DNA of 64,000 nucleotides from Microbotryum violaceum (Eukaryota): NCBI GenBank assembly GCA_001244265.2, contig CDLV01000004.1, positions 2,666,001 to 2,730,000 of the forward strand, read 5' to 3'. Shown piece by piece: positions 23,935 to 51,700 of this stretch (position 1 is its first letter; each line of letters starts with the position of its first letter). The notes under the pieces were generated by a model. It saw only the letters and a program-made list of their open reading frames with translations, ran no database searches and was not told where the DNA came from. The position numbers and the translations under genes were made by a program.

Positions 23935-25448
23935 CAGTGGAAGTCCCAAATTGGAACACCTTCGACTCAGCCTTCGTCTCTCGCCCTTGTCTGAGCCCCC
24001 TCGTCCGCCTCGCCACTTCCATCCTCATCCTTCGTGATAGCAAATCTTCAGCTTGATCTCCGGACAACGCGTTGAAGTATTCACGCAAGCCACTGCATCG
24101 CATCGCATAATAGCTAACGCGCGGGGCAGGCTTACGTCAACTCGCCGCAAAGCTCAAACACCCCGAGCTGCTTGGTCACAGTGTTCTCAGTATGAACGCT
24201 CCAGCCAGAAGAAACGGCGCCTAATTGCAGCATCCAGCCAAGATTGCTTTCCTTGCTTTACGGAGCGAGTATTAGCTAAATTCGGCACTGAGACTGATGA
24301 CCCCTGTCGCCAATGCCGGGCTTCCTCGGCTTCATCTGCCTATCCTGCTGCATCGCTGGGATCACCCAAATTATGCTGCGCGCCAGGGCAAGAGTGTTTC
24401 GACCACGAGGGTTCTACAGCCCCAAAAAACAGTCGAGTTGATGTAGCCGCATCTTGTGAAGCGGAACGAGCTTCTCATAGAGGTACTTCATGATCAGGCC
24501 GTGTCATTTATGTCAGAGTGTATATTGCTGTTTCATCCCACTTCTATTACCGATCATGGTTAGTTACTAGTTGTTGATATTAGTCGCCTCGCGCGGCTAT
24601 TGTTTGCCTCGCGCGCTCCTACTCTGCGCTTCTCTTCTTTCTCCAACTGTCTTTACTATCATCCTCGGCTCTCGTACTAAACGTATCTCGTGCCTCGGCT
24701 TTAGGTTCTAATAATTTAATGACTTGACCGCGAGGCGCAGACCCTACATTTTCCTCATACCAGTGGGAACCCGTAAAATTAACGGCATGATGAAATTCAA
24801 ATAGCGGGAGAATTGGATTGTGCAGAGGTAAAAGAACACAATACGAAGGTCAGCAAAGGAACGATTATCCCTTCATCGCTGTAACAGCAGGTAACAGTCG
24901 CCCGTTGCTTGTTGCCCAAAACGTCGCAGATTCGGTCCAACTTGGAAATACTCGCGCAATGAAACCCGGACGGTTGTTCGTGCTTCGTCCTTCCGCCCCA
25001 GCGCATGAGGAAAAGGAAGGAATTAGAGTAACGCGGGATTATCTACAGCCCCTCGAACCTCATGTTGTTGTTGAGCCCCTGAAACCGGTGTCGGGATGTC
25101 GAGAACACGTCACGTGACTGACGGCGCATCGCGCAGCGTAAGCCGCGCCCGCGCGTCAACAACAGGGGGACCACGCCTGAGCTCTGTAGAAGAAGTGACA
25201 TGTAAACCTACGCGCTTTCTATCCTTAAAACTAGTCTACTATCCTTAAGACTTATCTACTAATCTACTAAAAAGAACTGTGTGGCTAAAGAACTTCAAAG
25301 AACGTCAGAGAATGGGAGACAAAGAACGTCAAAGAACGGGAACCACGTGGCGTGACGTCATAACGATTTCGGTATACTGCAACGGCTCTCGGTCCACCGC
25401 GTCCGAACTAGCTAGCGCTGTTTCAGAATGGGTCCGCCAGCCACGGGC

Positions 25449-28326
25449 AGGACCCCCGAAAGCCCAGCCAGAGGCGGCCCGCAAGTTTGGACATTTTTGG
25501 CTCAAAATGGGTCGAGGCTCACCTCATTTATGGACATTTTCCTCCCTCCGGTCAAACTTTGAAGCGCAGACCAGGTTAGCGGGAGGCTGGAGGCGCGGGG
25601 CATATATAGCCGGCCCAGCTGCGCGCGGGTAACAGTCGCGCTGTTTGCGATTTGAGCGCGTTGGTAAGCGCTGCATTTGCGATTAATCATGAGATCCTAT
25701 TCGAGTCCATTTCAGTTTGACCCACGCGACACGCCACCGACCGCGGTCGTGGCACCCAATCACTGGCACTCTATACTCTACAAAGGTGTCTACAAAGGTG
25801 TTCAAAATGCCTGTGACCATTAATATCGAACCGAACTTTGCTCTCACCTCCGAGGAATTTGCAATCTTGAGCCCTGTTGCCGACCTACGCCTCGTTGACC
25901 TACTCGCGTACGACCTACCTGCGCCCGACGCTTCTCTCCGACTTGCTCTATCGAAAGATGACCTTCGACATTTTGACGCGCTGCCACGCCCCTCAAAGCA
26001 GTCTATCGGAAAGTTTTCCGATCAAAGCTTTATATCCTTGGCTTATCTCGATGGCTATCGATCTATCGTCGTATCGGGGTCGTCAATGCGCCTTCCTCTC
26101 AATGCCTCGGCGTTATGGGCCCATCTCGACAAGGCAGAAAAAATTCGATATATCATCCACAACATTCAAGAATGGATTCCTCGATTAGCTAACGCCGACG
26201 CGATTCGGGAGCGTGAGCTTGCAAGTGCTCGTCATCACCTCACTCGCATACGTTGGACAGCTGTCGACCGCGTCTATCTCCGAGGTCGATCTACACGCCT
26301 CCAAGACTTTCTACAGGTCCTCAATGAGTTTGCATCCTCTTCATTCATGAGTCGATCCCGGATACTGATGTGTGTAGAATCTTGCGTGTGTCTGCAGGCT
26401 CCGCCTGGTACTCCGAAACACATCCGAGTCGACCGTTCGCCAAAATGTCCCTCCGAACGTGAACGAGGCTGGTCTGAACCAAGTCCTCGATCGTCTCCGT
26501 CTTGTCGGATCGGAGCCATTACCGTGTATTATGCGACGCGAGGAATGCGACGCGATTTTGAGCGCGCTTCTTTCGGTGACTGCGCTTGACATTGACCAGG
26601 AAGCTCTCATGTACGTAGCTTGGTGTTTGAGAGCAACAAACGATCACTAACAACCGTATATTGAACCCTCAGCGATGCTGTTGATGCTGGCTTCGATCAA
26701 GCCGATGCAGAAGAAGAAGATCGACAGCTTCAAACAATCCTGGCCGATGCATGCCATGAGCATGAGCAATCCGTGAGTGAACACAATTTTCGGTTGATCG
26801 ATGCATTTACTGATACAGACCCATGTTCTCAACCAGTGGGAAGCGCCCCCGTACCCGCGTCATCTTTTAGAGAAGGGGGCCCTCTACTCTGTCCCCACAC
26901 TCGACTTGGACAGCTTGCTCGCTCGACGACGTGCACACCAATGCCGACACCTCGAGGAGATCAAGTTTAAAGGTGGCGCGCAGAACGTAGCGTCAGATCA
27001 ACCCTTTGCCCAAGACCGAACCGAGCACCGCGGCAACGTGCATTCTGCCGCACTTCGACGGATAGTCGAGACGATGGGAATGGACAGGTATCGACAGTTT
27101 GTGGGGAACGAGAGGAACCTTCGCTTCATCAATTCAGGGGCAAATATCCGGGAGAAGACGTTGCACGAGCAAGCGACAACTGCGATCATCACCGAGGGAC
27201 GATCTCACGTTAGTCGCTGATTCGTGATGTATCATGACGCAAGCTGGGGCGTGCCTTTTCTTGCGCTTACATTTGATCCGACACCACAGGACAAAATGAA
27301 AGGACGACAAGAGGTCTATGGTCAGATCATGTCGAACCACGTACTCGTCCGAGCTGTTGATGGTGATGTGTCTGCACTCCGTTCTCTCAAGGTGGACATA
27401 CTGGTCGTGTATGGAATCCCAGAAGAACCTATGGGTTTGCCTTCGGGTGAACAATGCGGGGAACGACTGGCAATCGGGATAGGTATGCCAAACTACTACT
27501 TGTGTGGGGAAACCTCACATGACTGACTAGCACCGTGACTGCGCATTTTACTTGTCACCTTCCCTGCAGTGAGGATCATTTACAAGAAGTCAAGCACAAC
27601 TTATGAAAGTGTTGAAATTCTTGACTCTCTTGCTCTTTTCGCGAATGCCGTGATACAAGAGCTGCGTGTCATCGCTCCAGGAGTTTACTCCAACCTGTCT
27701 CATCAGGGCAACACGCGCATTCGTCAAGTCGATGGGCGCTGTATCATAAATTGGCTCAAACCGGACTTGTCAAGCATCAACTACGAGGTCAAGGATTCCA
27801 CACGATCTAACTGGCGTGATGAAGGGGAAATTCACATCACCGTCAATCAAGAAAAACGGTACAGGCTTTTGCAGAACATTAAAGGAATTCGAGCAGCATC
27901 CCTTGCTTGTCTTGCACCAGGAGGCCGTTCAGACGAAGACAAAGAGCGTCAATAATGATGAAGAATGAAGGTCAGCCTGGCTCATGCTCGTATGGCGGTA
28001 AGCTTTGTCAGAGCTTGGCCCATCAAGCGCGGCAGTGGATCGCGGCGGGGCGGGTGTGGAGCAGAGCTAGCAGAGCGCTGGCGGCGCTCTTGGTGTGCGC
28101 GCGCGCGACCTTTCCGGCCCGCGCGCGGCGGAAACGCAGTCTGCGCGCAGCGCAGAAAAATTTCTGAGCATTGTAGAGCTTGAAGAGTAGTTTTCAATAA
28201 TTATTCAGCACTAAGCGGCCCTCATATTTGGACATTTTCAGTCAAAATCTGGAAATTTTTTGGACATTTCGCCTCGAAAAAGGCCGTTTTTAGAGGGCCG
28301 CCTATGGCTGGGCTTTCGGGGGTCCT
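25449..28326. mobile_element. TIR DNA transposon (2.9 kb) with uncharacterised intron-containing cargo on the + strand
   Basis: 32-bp TIRs with 1 mismatch (25449-25480, 28295-28326); 8-bp flanks CCACGGGC / CCACTGGC; subterminal TGGACATTT repeats at both ends; ORF pieces 25807-27955. Confidence 0.8.
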
Positions 28327-28375
28327 CCACTGGCCGTTTCGCCCACGTTTGCCGAGGTTCCACTTTCCAACAAAG

Positions 28376-33143
<4,768 letters not shown>

Positions 33144-36100
33144 CAAAGCAGCCTGGCACATGCCTCTCTGCTTCCCAGACGACCGGTTTTGCGTGCCTAC
33201 CACATCGTAGTGTAGTCCCTTCAACCATCCAGTTCTGCCACTGCCGAAGAGTCATCTGCAAGCTTTCACGTCCCGTCTCCTGTACAACAATCTTCACGGA
33301 GAGCAGCGGGGCGGCAGAGACGTCGGCAGCTGCTCGCGTTCCTCCTCCGCACATTCCGAATCCTCCCGACTCCCGTTCTAATCGCACAGACGCCTCGCAC
33401 AGACGCCGTCGCCAGCAACCTCGAACAATCACCGAAGCTCAGCGGCAACGATGTCTTCGCCAGAAGCAGCAGCGCGAAACCGATCAACACGACGTCGCGC
33501 AAACTGGTTCGTCAAGTCAACCTGCACCGGCAGCAGGCAGTCTCAATGTCGCACAGCAAGTGCAACGGGCCCGCAGTTCTTCACCCCTAAGCTTGAGATT
33601 CCTTCCTCCACGCTTTGAAGCAGTTCCAGACCTCGGGTAGCGTCGGCCAGTGCGCCAATGCCGCCGCTAGGGGCCCCGCCAGCGTGTCACGGGGCTTCAC
33701 TCCAGGACGTTCCGCGGCCTTCCACGACATTCTATGATTCCGGTTCAAACTGAGGCGCAGGCTTCTCCATCTTTCTCCCTCCTGCTCTTCACACCTTGCC
33801 CATCGCACCTCATCCCATCGCCACCTCGAGCTGGCGACATCCGAAGCGGTCGTCGTGGAAGCTCTGCAACGAATACGGGATCAACAAATGGCTGCCGCAG
33901 GCAACATAGCTACGAATTCGAGTAAGTAACTTCATGAACTGTGCCCTTGGTGTGGGATTGTTCAGAAGCTGATGGAAAACTACTAAGCAGAGATATCCTT
34001 CAACACGTCCTCTTTGAATGTCAACTCTCGAGTTGTTTCTTCACAGTCAGCTGGTGACACTGCATGCGTGAGTTATCCCTTGACATGGCTGTGCAGTCTT
34101 AGATATGACGGAAAACTGATACCAAAAACAGACATTGAACGTCAGTGAAACGGCGGAAGGATTGACTTCGTACGGTTGAGAATCCGGGTTCATGGGACAC
34201 TAAATGTGAGTCCTCACTGACATTGCTACAGATGGACAACAGCAAGAATACTGATAGTTCTAAAGGACGAATCACGCAAAAAAAACAGGTTCCGTGAATT
34301 GCGGCTCACCATCCGTGGCAGATCCTCAACGGCTCGGTTCGTTGGAGTGACCGTCGTGTTGGCAGGTGTGTGCCAATCTTTCAAAAGCAAAGCGCAGGGC
34401 AGCATGACTAACTGAACGGTAGGACTGTACCATCACAGGGGATCCGAAGCAATGTGGAAGCACCGCGTGCAGCGGTGCTCCAGAACGATAGACAGGATCA
34501 AACAATAGTAATTCACTAGAACCTCGGGTCAGTGAGTTAGCATACTACACATATGAGAAAAGGGGCACCCACCTAGAACCTCGGGTCAGTGAGCTGGCGA
34601 AAGCCAAGGGAGGTTCTAGGCGCGCGCAAGCTATTCAACTAAGCCAAAAGTTCTATCGCCTTCCATTGTACCTCGGGCAAAGGCCTCAGGCCTTGCACCC
34701 TCCCCCTCCTGAACTAAACCCTCCCCTCCATCCTCTTCTTCAACTCCCAACGCCGAAGCGCCTCTGTCCCCACCAAGTTTTCACGCGGTTCCATGGTGGC
34801 TTCGTGCTGCGGATAGCCCTCCCACCAAACACGATAGCGCTTCCCCCCCCTTGTTGTCTCCTCCAATATCTCTCCCACAACCCATTCTTCATGTCCATTG
34901 ACTATAACTGGTTTGGGTCTGGCGGGTTCTCGATTCAGAAAGAGGTTGGGGTCGTTGGCTCGGTAAGGACGGAGCTTGCTTACGTGAAACGTAGGATGTG
35001 ATTGGTCGCCTTCGCTAAGCTGCAGTGTGTAGTTGGAGGTGGCAACATTCGCGGCAATAACCTTGTAGGGTCCCTCAAGGCGATCAAAGAGCTTGGCCGA
35101 CTTGCGGTGTCCCGTTTTAAATCGAAGACAACGGTCACGGGTGTCCACCATGACGAAATCGCCCACCGCAATGTCCGGTTCTGGCCGTCGATGTCGGTTG
35201 ACCTGCTCCGCTTGCCGCACCTTGGCTGTGGCCAATGCATCCCGGACCTCCGCCAACACCGCCTTCCGCTCGGCGATCAGGTCCTTTGCCGCAGGCACAT
35301 CGGGCAAGTCAGGTTGATTGAGAGATGTTGGCAACAGGCTGGGTGAACGACCTAGGACCACCTCAAACGGCGATTTGTTCGTTGAGGCGTTGACGCTTGC
35401 GTTGATCGCAAACTCAATGTTGACCAGATGTCGGACCCAATTGTTCTGCTGCTTGTTGACCACGGCTCGCAAGGCTTGAATGGCGGTCTTGTTGGTCCGT
35501 TCGATACGGCCGTCGGTTTCCGGGTGGAACGATGTAGACATGGCAAGTCGAGTGCCCATCAGATTGTGATACGTGCGCCAGAAATGCGATGTAAATAGCT
35601 TATCCCGATCGGAGACTATCCTCGTTGGCGGTCCGAAGAAGCGGTGCCATCCCTCATGAAAACGTTCGGCTATGTCCTTGGCGGCGTCCGCGGCCAGGCT
35701 AGGTATCAAGCGCGTGTAGCCCAATAAACGATCGGTGATCGTGAGGAGCATGTCGAACCCCTGGCTCTTGGGCAGGGGGCCCACAAAATCGAGAGCCACC
35801 TCCTGCATCAGCCCATCCGGCACAGCCAACGCATGCGATACCCCCAACGCGCCCGTGGTTGTTGCTTTGGTACGTTGACATACATCACATGTTGAGACAT
35901 AGGCGTCGCATGATGTTCGCAGCCGCGGCCAGAAGAAAGTCCGAGACACCTGATGGAAGGTCTTGCGCGGGCTGAAGTGACCCAGCGCGTCGTGAGCGTC
36001 GTGTAAGATGTCCTCCCGAAGCTGTGGCACCGCAGGTACAACCATCCTACCCTCGAAATACAGCACCCCATCCACACAAGAGAACCCTGGCGACGAGTCG

Positions 36101-37590
36101 AGATTGCGCTTGACCTGCTGGCAAAAGGGATCGGAGTCATAGCCCTCCACAAGGCGGCCCCGCAGCTGTGTGTCGACGTCCATCTCCGAAACCGCCTGTA
36201 CGGAATCAGGCTCCCCCTGCGGGAAATAGTACCGGCTCATCGCGTCTGCCACGGTGTTCTCGCCTCCCGGAATGTAGGTGATGCCGAAATCGTAGTCAGG
36301 TAGACGTTCGACCCAGCGGGCCTGACGCTTTGACAGATTTTCCTGCGTCTTGAGGTACTTCAGCGATTCGTGGTCAGAAAGGACATGGAAGTGGACACCC
36401 ATCAAGTTGACTCGCCACTGACGCAGGGCGTCCACGACCGCCAAAAGCTCCTGTTCATGGGTCGGGTAGTTGACCTCCGCACTGATATACTGACGAGACC
36501 AATACGCCACCGGGTGTGCCTTGCGCCAATCCTGCCCCTGAAGCAACACGGCGCCTATCCCAACGTTACTTGCGTCCGTCACAACCCAGAGGGGATCAGC
36601 GGAATCCATGTGGTCGATCGGCTTGAGACATGGCAGCGAGGTGACGATGGCCTTTATGGCGTTGAAGTGTCGCTCTTGCTTGGCACCCCACATGAGTCGG
36701 ACATTGGCGTTCTTCGACGTTAAATCGGCCAGAGGTTTGGTATGTTGGGCCAGACCATTGATGAACTTGCGCAAGTATTGAACGAGGCCCAGAAACCCCC
36801 GAAGCTCTGTGACAGTCGCGGACGCGGCCACCCCACGATTCACTCCACCTTCGACTGATCTGCCGCAATCCCGTTTCGCGAAATGGCCATGCCCCAAAAA
36901 GTCGCAAGACGTTCGAAAAAGTTCGGTCTTCTTTGGCGAACAATACAGATCGGCCCGCCGCAGCGCCTCGAGTACCTCCTTGACGTGGGTTTGATGATCC
37001 TCCATGGTATCCGAGAAGATAGCGATGTCGTCAAGGTAGGCGAAGCAGCTCTTGCCGATGAGACTAGACAGGGCCTCGCTGACCCGGCGTTGATGCGTCG
37101 GCGACGTGTTCGACAGGCCCATTGGCATGACGACCCACTCGAAGAGCCCCCAGGGGGTTGCCACCGCGGTCTTTGGTATGTCCTCCTCGGCCATCCTCGT
37201 CTGGAAAAAGCTGTTCGTCATATCGATCTTGGACCAGAAGCGCGCCCGAGCTGCGACGGCCAAAATCTCGTCCGGCAGGGGAAGCGGTGTGCGAACTGGT
37301 ACCGTCGCTGCATTGAGGATCCGATAGTCGTTGACCCAACGCGGCATAATCGACGGGTCGGTGTCCATACCCTTCTTGGGAATGATGAAGGCCGGTGTCA
37401 CGAATCAGCAGTCCGAGGTCTGAGCGCAGCGCCACCGCGCAGCTTACTCAGTGCTGGGAACTTTCTAGGAGCTTCCAGTTATCTCTATGATCTTGCGCCT
37501 CGATCACTTCCTTTGGCTTCAACTTGCTTCCATGAGTTTCTGTCGCTTTCCCTGGGCTTTCCTGCGACTATAAATAGGGCTTCTGTGTAG

Positions 37591-38981
<1,391 letters not shown>

Positions 38982-38984
38982 TAA

Positions 38985-39685
<701 letters not shown>

Positions 39686-39745
39686 TAAGACTCTCTAGAA
39701 TATCTCGAATCATTGAAAAATCTTGTGCCCCCAGAATATCACCAC

Positions 39746-39831
39746 AGTTGGCGTGTTGTGAATGAGGATTAGCAGGAAGGCGGCTTTCGGTTATTTGATT
39801 AGAAGCGCGCGTTTGTTTAGTGAAGCCTGGC
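39746..39831 (+). mobile_element. 5' 86 bp of a Copia B LTR
   Basis: Matches 18961-19046, begins AGTTGGCG and is cut by Copia A3. Confidence 0.92.
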
Positions 39832-39847
39832 TGTTGTGGGAAATTAG

Positions 39848-40012
<165 letters not shown>

Positions 40013-40065
40013 TAGTCGCTCTGTTACAGTCGATTGACCTTTAGCGACCCACTATCTCACAATAG

Positions 40066-40162
40066 GTTAGTTGAAATACATTACCACGCACTCGATATCA
40101 CATCTCGCCTAGTCGCTCTGTTACAGTCGATTGACCTTTAGCGACCCACTATCTCACAATAG
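40066..40162 (+). other. Predicted 97-nt intron in Copia A 5' LTR (also 32813-32909 on the - strand)
   Basis: GTTAGT donor, TCTCAC branch-like site, TAG acceptor; last 80 nt identical to 39986-40065; absent from the 279-bp LTRs. Confidence 0.7.
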
Positions 40163-40205
40163 GTCATCTATCGACGCCACGTAACTAGAGACGCTCCTAC
40201 AATAA

Positions 40206-44501
<4,296 letters not shown>

Positions 44502-44554
44502 TAGTCGCTCTGTTACAGTCGATTGACCTTTAGCGACCCACTATCTCACAATAG

Positions 44555-44941
<387 letters not shown>

Positions 44942-44956
44942 TAAACCCGAGGGTGA

Positions 44957-45148
<192 letters not shown>

Positions 45149-45191
45149 TAGAAATCGCTCTTGTCTTCCTTCTGCAATCTTGATCTCATAG

Positions 45192-45431
<240 letters not shown>

Positions 45432-45468
45432 TAGGTTGGTTGCCGCGGAGTCTTCATACCAGGTTTCA

Positions 45469-46761
<1,293 letters not shown>

Positions 46762-46764
46762 TCA

Positions 46765-46977
<213 letters not shown>

Positions 46978-46980
46978 TCA

Positions 46981-47277
<297 letters not shown>

Positions 47278-47350
47278 TCAAAAAAAAATTGGAAGCACCG
47301 CGTGCAGCGGTGCTCCAGAACGATAGACAGGATCAAACAATAGTAATTCA

Positions 47351-47407
47351 CTAGAACCTTGGGTCAGTGAGCTAGCATACTACACATATGAGAAAAGGGG
47401 CACCCAC
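47351..47407 (-). other. Predicted 57-nt intron in G3 LTR (also 34516-34572)
   Basis: On the - strand: GTGGGT donor, CTGAC branch, TAG acceptor; 23-nt repeat at 47351-47373 and 47408-47430. Confidence 0.7.
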
Positions 47408-48893
47408 CTAGAACCTCGGGTCAGTGAGCTGGCGAAAGCCAAGGGAGGTTCTAGGCGCGCGCAAGCTATTCAACTAAGCCAAAAGTTCTATCGCCTTCCA
47501 TTGTACCTTGGGCAAAGGCCTCAGGCCTTGCACAATGCCTTCTCGTTATTCCGAAGTCGTTTGCTTCATGGAATGCTGACTTCTGGGGGAAGTTGAGGTG
47601 CGGCTTGACTTTGTACGGTGCAGAATCCGGGTCATGGGAACACTAAATGCAAGTCTTCACTGCCATTGCTACAGATGGACAACAGCAAGAATACTGATAG
47701 CTGCACGACGTCTCGGAGGTCTGAAGGCCAGCAACAACATTGTCAATGGGAAAGGCCTGAGCGAAAGCGTTCCGGTCCGGTCCCACACAGTTCTTTGCCA
47801 AACCCTGCCTCTACCACATCAACAGCGACGAATCATTCTACTTCCAGAGGATCTAGGGCACATCAAGTGCGGAGACTCAGGGAAAGGCAGCAAATGATTC
47901 TATCAATCAATCGCCTCCACCCCAGCCAACGCCCGACGTCCACTCTGTCCCGGTGGATGTCATCATCCAATGGATCCACCGCCTGTGAGCGCTGCGATCT
48001 CTCGAAGGTCTTAAGGTCAGCAAAGACGTTGTCAACGGGAAAGGCTTGAGCAAGAGCGTTCCAGTCCGGTCCCACAGTTCTTCGCCAAACCCTGCGTCTA
48101 CCGCATCAACATCGATGAACCAGTCTACTTTCAGAAGATCTAGGGCACACCGACGTCAAGCCGCCACACAGTCACCGATGGCGCTGACACTGCGTCCACT
48201 GCCGGAGGATCAACTTCATCCAATGGATCCACCGGCTATGAACGCTGCGATCTCTTGGAGGTCTCAAGGTCAGCAAAGACGTCTTCAATGGGAACGGCTT
48301 GAGCGAGAGCATTTCGTGTAACAGAACTGCTGATTTTCAGTGTGAGGCACCATCCTAAGGGTGGGGGATGTCTGTTCAGTCATGTGCTTGATACAAGGCA
48401 GAGCGTGGAAGTCAAAGGCCACGGGAAAATACAGCGGAAGGATTGACTTCATACCGCTGAGAATCCGGGTCCATGGGACACTAAATGTAAGTCTTCACTG
48501 CCATGGCTACAGATAGACAACAGCAAGAATACTGATAATTGTGTCACGCAAAAACAGACGTCTAACTCAATGAATTGCGGCTCACCATTACGTGGCAGCT
48601 CGCAAGTCAAGCTTGCAACACCCGTGAAAAGGTCCACACTCGACGCAGGTCTCGATGACATTCTGAGCCCATCACCGGGCTCCTGGAGAACAAAAAAGTA
48701 GCTCAATGATGGAATGAAGACTGTGTACATTTGATTGTCGCGCGCGGCCCTCTCCGGACTTGAACCACTAGGTTTCCGTTACAACAGTAGCGCAGCTGTT
48801 GCAGCAAAGTACATCACATTGTAGCGGATCAAGGGTTACGGTGTTAGGTGGCGCGCTCCGTGCGCCGCCGAACCTAGTAAAATAAAAAACATC

Positions 48894-50955
48894 CTGAGAC
48901 AAAGACAAACCACGTGGCACAAACCACGTCGCGTGACGTCATAGCAACAGCAAAATGGCCACGCGCGCGAACCCGCTTAAGGATTCGCCCGAGATTACGC
49001 GCGCTTAACGGTGCATAAGATGCGCATAAGGACGCATATGCGCATAAGAGCGCTTACGGACCGCTTTGCGTTTGCAAACAAAGCGCGCGAGGAGTCTTAA
49101 GCGCGCCGTATGCGCGCTGTAAGAGTCCCTTATCTAGGGTACACTTAAGCGACACTTAATGCGCGCGCGGCTTAACGAGTGGTTAAGGGCGCTTAAGAGC
49201 AGCTTTAGGCCGCTTAACGACTGCTTTACGAGGTTTTGTGCGCTTACGCGCGTTTGGCCATTTTGCTGATGAGGCAGCTCTCGGTCCGGCATCCCAGCTA
49301 GCTAGCGCTGTTTCAGACCGTTTCGCCTACGTTCGCCGAGGTTCCATTGAATAGCACGTGACTCTCTGTGTCCCAATGCAGACTGTTTTGCGTGTCTACC
49401 ACGTCGACGTCAAAGAACGTCAGAGAACGAGAGACAAACCACGTGGCAACAGACCGTTTTGTCCATGTTCGCCAAGGTTCCATTTCCCATCAAAGCAGCC
49501 TGGCACATGATCCTCTGCTTCGGGCTTCACTCCACGACGTTCTGCGGCCTTCCGCAACATTCTATGAGTCCGGTTTAAACTGAGGCGCAGGCTTCTCCAT
49601 CTTTCTCCCTCCTGCTCTTCACACCTTACCCATCGCACCTCATCCCATCGCCACCTCGAGCTGGCGACGTCCGAAGCGGTCGTCGTGGAAGCTCTGCAAC
49701 GAATACGGGATCAAGAAATGCCTGCTGCATGTAACATAGCTACGAAACCGAGTAAGTAACTTCATGAACTGTGCTCTTGGTGTGGGATTGTTCAGAAGCT
49801 AATGGAAAACTGCCAAGCAGAAATTCCCTTCAACACGTCTTCTTTGAATGGCAACCTTCGGTTAGTTTTTTCACCATCAGCTGGTGACACTGCATGCGTG
49901 AGTTATCCCTTGACATGGCTGTGCAGTCTTAGTTATGACGGAAAAACTGACACCAAAAACAGACATTGGACATCAGTGACACAGCGGAAGGATTGAATTC
50001 GTACGGTTGAGATTCCGGGTTCATGGGACGCTAAATGTGAGTCTTCACTGCCATTGCTACAGATGGACAACAGCAAGAATCCTGATAGTCGAATCACGCA
50101 AGAAAACAGGCTCTGATTGCGTGAGTTGCGGCTCACCATCCCGTGGCAGATCCTCAACGGCTCGGTTTGGTGGAGTGACCGTCGTGTTGACAGGTATGTG
50201 CCAATCTTTCAAAAGCAAAGCGCAGGGCAACATGACTAACTGACCGGCTCGAGCATAACATCACAGGGGATCCGAAGCAATGCCTTCCCGTTATTCCCAA
50301 CTCATTGCCTACACAAATCGTCGACGCTTGCATCATGAATGCTGACTTCTGGGTTGAAGTTGGGGTGCTGCTTGACTTTGTACGGTTGAGAATCTGGGTT
50401 AATGGGACACTAAATGTGAGTCTTCACTGCCATTGCTACAGATGGACAACACCAAGAGTACTGATAGTTGCACGACGTCTCGGAGGTCTGAAGAACAGCA
50501 ACAACATTGTCAGCGGGAAAGGCTCGAGCGAGAGCGTTCCGGTCCGGACCCACACAGTTCTTCGCCGAACCCTGCCTCTACCGCATCAACATCAACAAAT
50601 CATTCTACTTCCAGAAGATTCAGGGTACAACAATTGCGGAGACTCAGGGAAAGGCAGCAAAATGATTCTATCAATCAATCACCTCCACCCCAGCCAATGC
50701 CCGAAGTCCACTCTGTCCCGGTGGGTGTCGCCGCACAGTCACCGATTGCACTGCGTCCACTGCCAGGAGCCTACCCTCGACATGACTTAGGTGCAATGGA
50801 TCTTCTGTGTCGGAAGCTCGGAACTTTTGTCCAGTCCTGCAAGAATTCCCGAAAACATAGATAAAGCAGCGTAGAACCGTAGCCATCTGCAATAATGTAA
50901 CAGAAGTGCTGATTCTCAATGTGAGGTGGCGCAAGGAGCGCGCCGCCGAACCTAG
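48894..50955 (+). mobile_element. Second, tandem Helitron-like unit
   Basis: Paralogous to 25300-25430, 28333-28375, 33144-34454 and 47533-48350; ends in hairpin GGCGCAAGGAGCGCGCC followed by CTAG|T at 50952-50956. Confidence 0.6.
48948..49268. mobile_element. MITE-like element
   Basis: 14-bp perfect TIR CAGCAAAATGGCCA; interior dense in GCTTAA/CTTAAG motifs; no TSD visible. Confidence 0.65.
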
Positions 50956-51134
50956 TCTTTAGATATCTTAACTTTTTTTGTGTCTGGTACAGACTCCTGT
51001 TGCGCTGGAAATTGTAGTTTCCCCTAAGGAGGTTCTTGCTCCCTAGCGAGGACATCAAATTTCAAATTGTACTCGGCTCAATCCCCATGTTTGTGATGGT
51101 TTGGCCCAAGCACTGACCGTGGGTGAGGCGTGAC

Positions 51135-51700
<566 letters not shown>

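Larger units (their letters stand above)
18497..24039 (+). mobile_element. Gypsy-type solo LTR (~564 bp) split by Copia B
   Basis: Termini TGTCAC...GTGATA, TSD GCAAA at 18492-18496 and 24040-24044; TATA-like sequence followed by CTTTCTGCAACTTGAATCTC resembles the G2 LTR. Confidence 0.75.

Noticed and set aside
24502-24748. Possible solo LTR (TGTCA...CCCTACA)
   Set aside because: No matching TSD and no second copy in the window.
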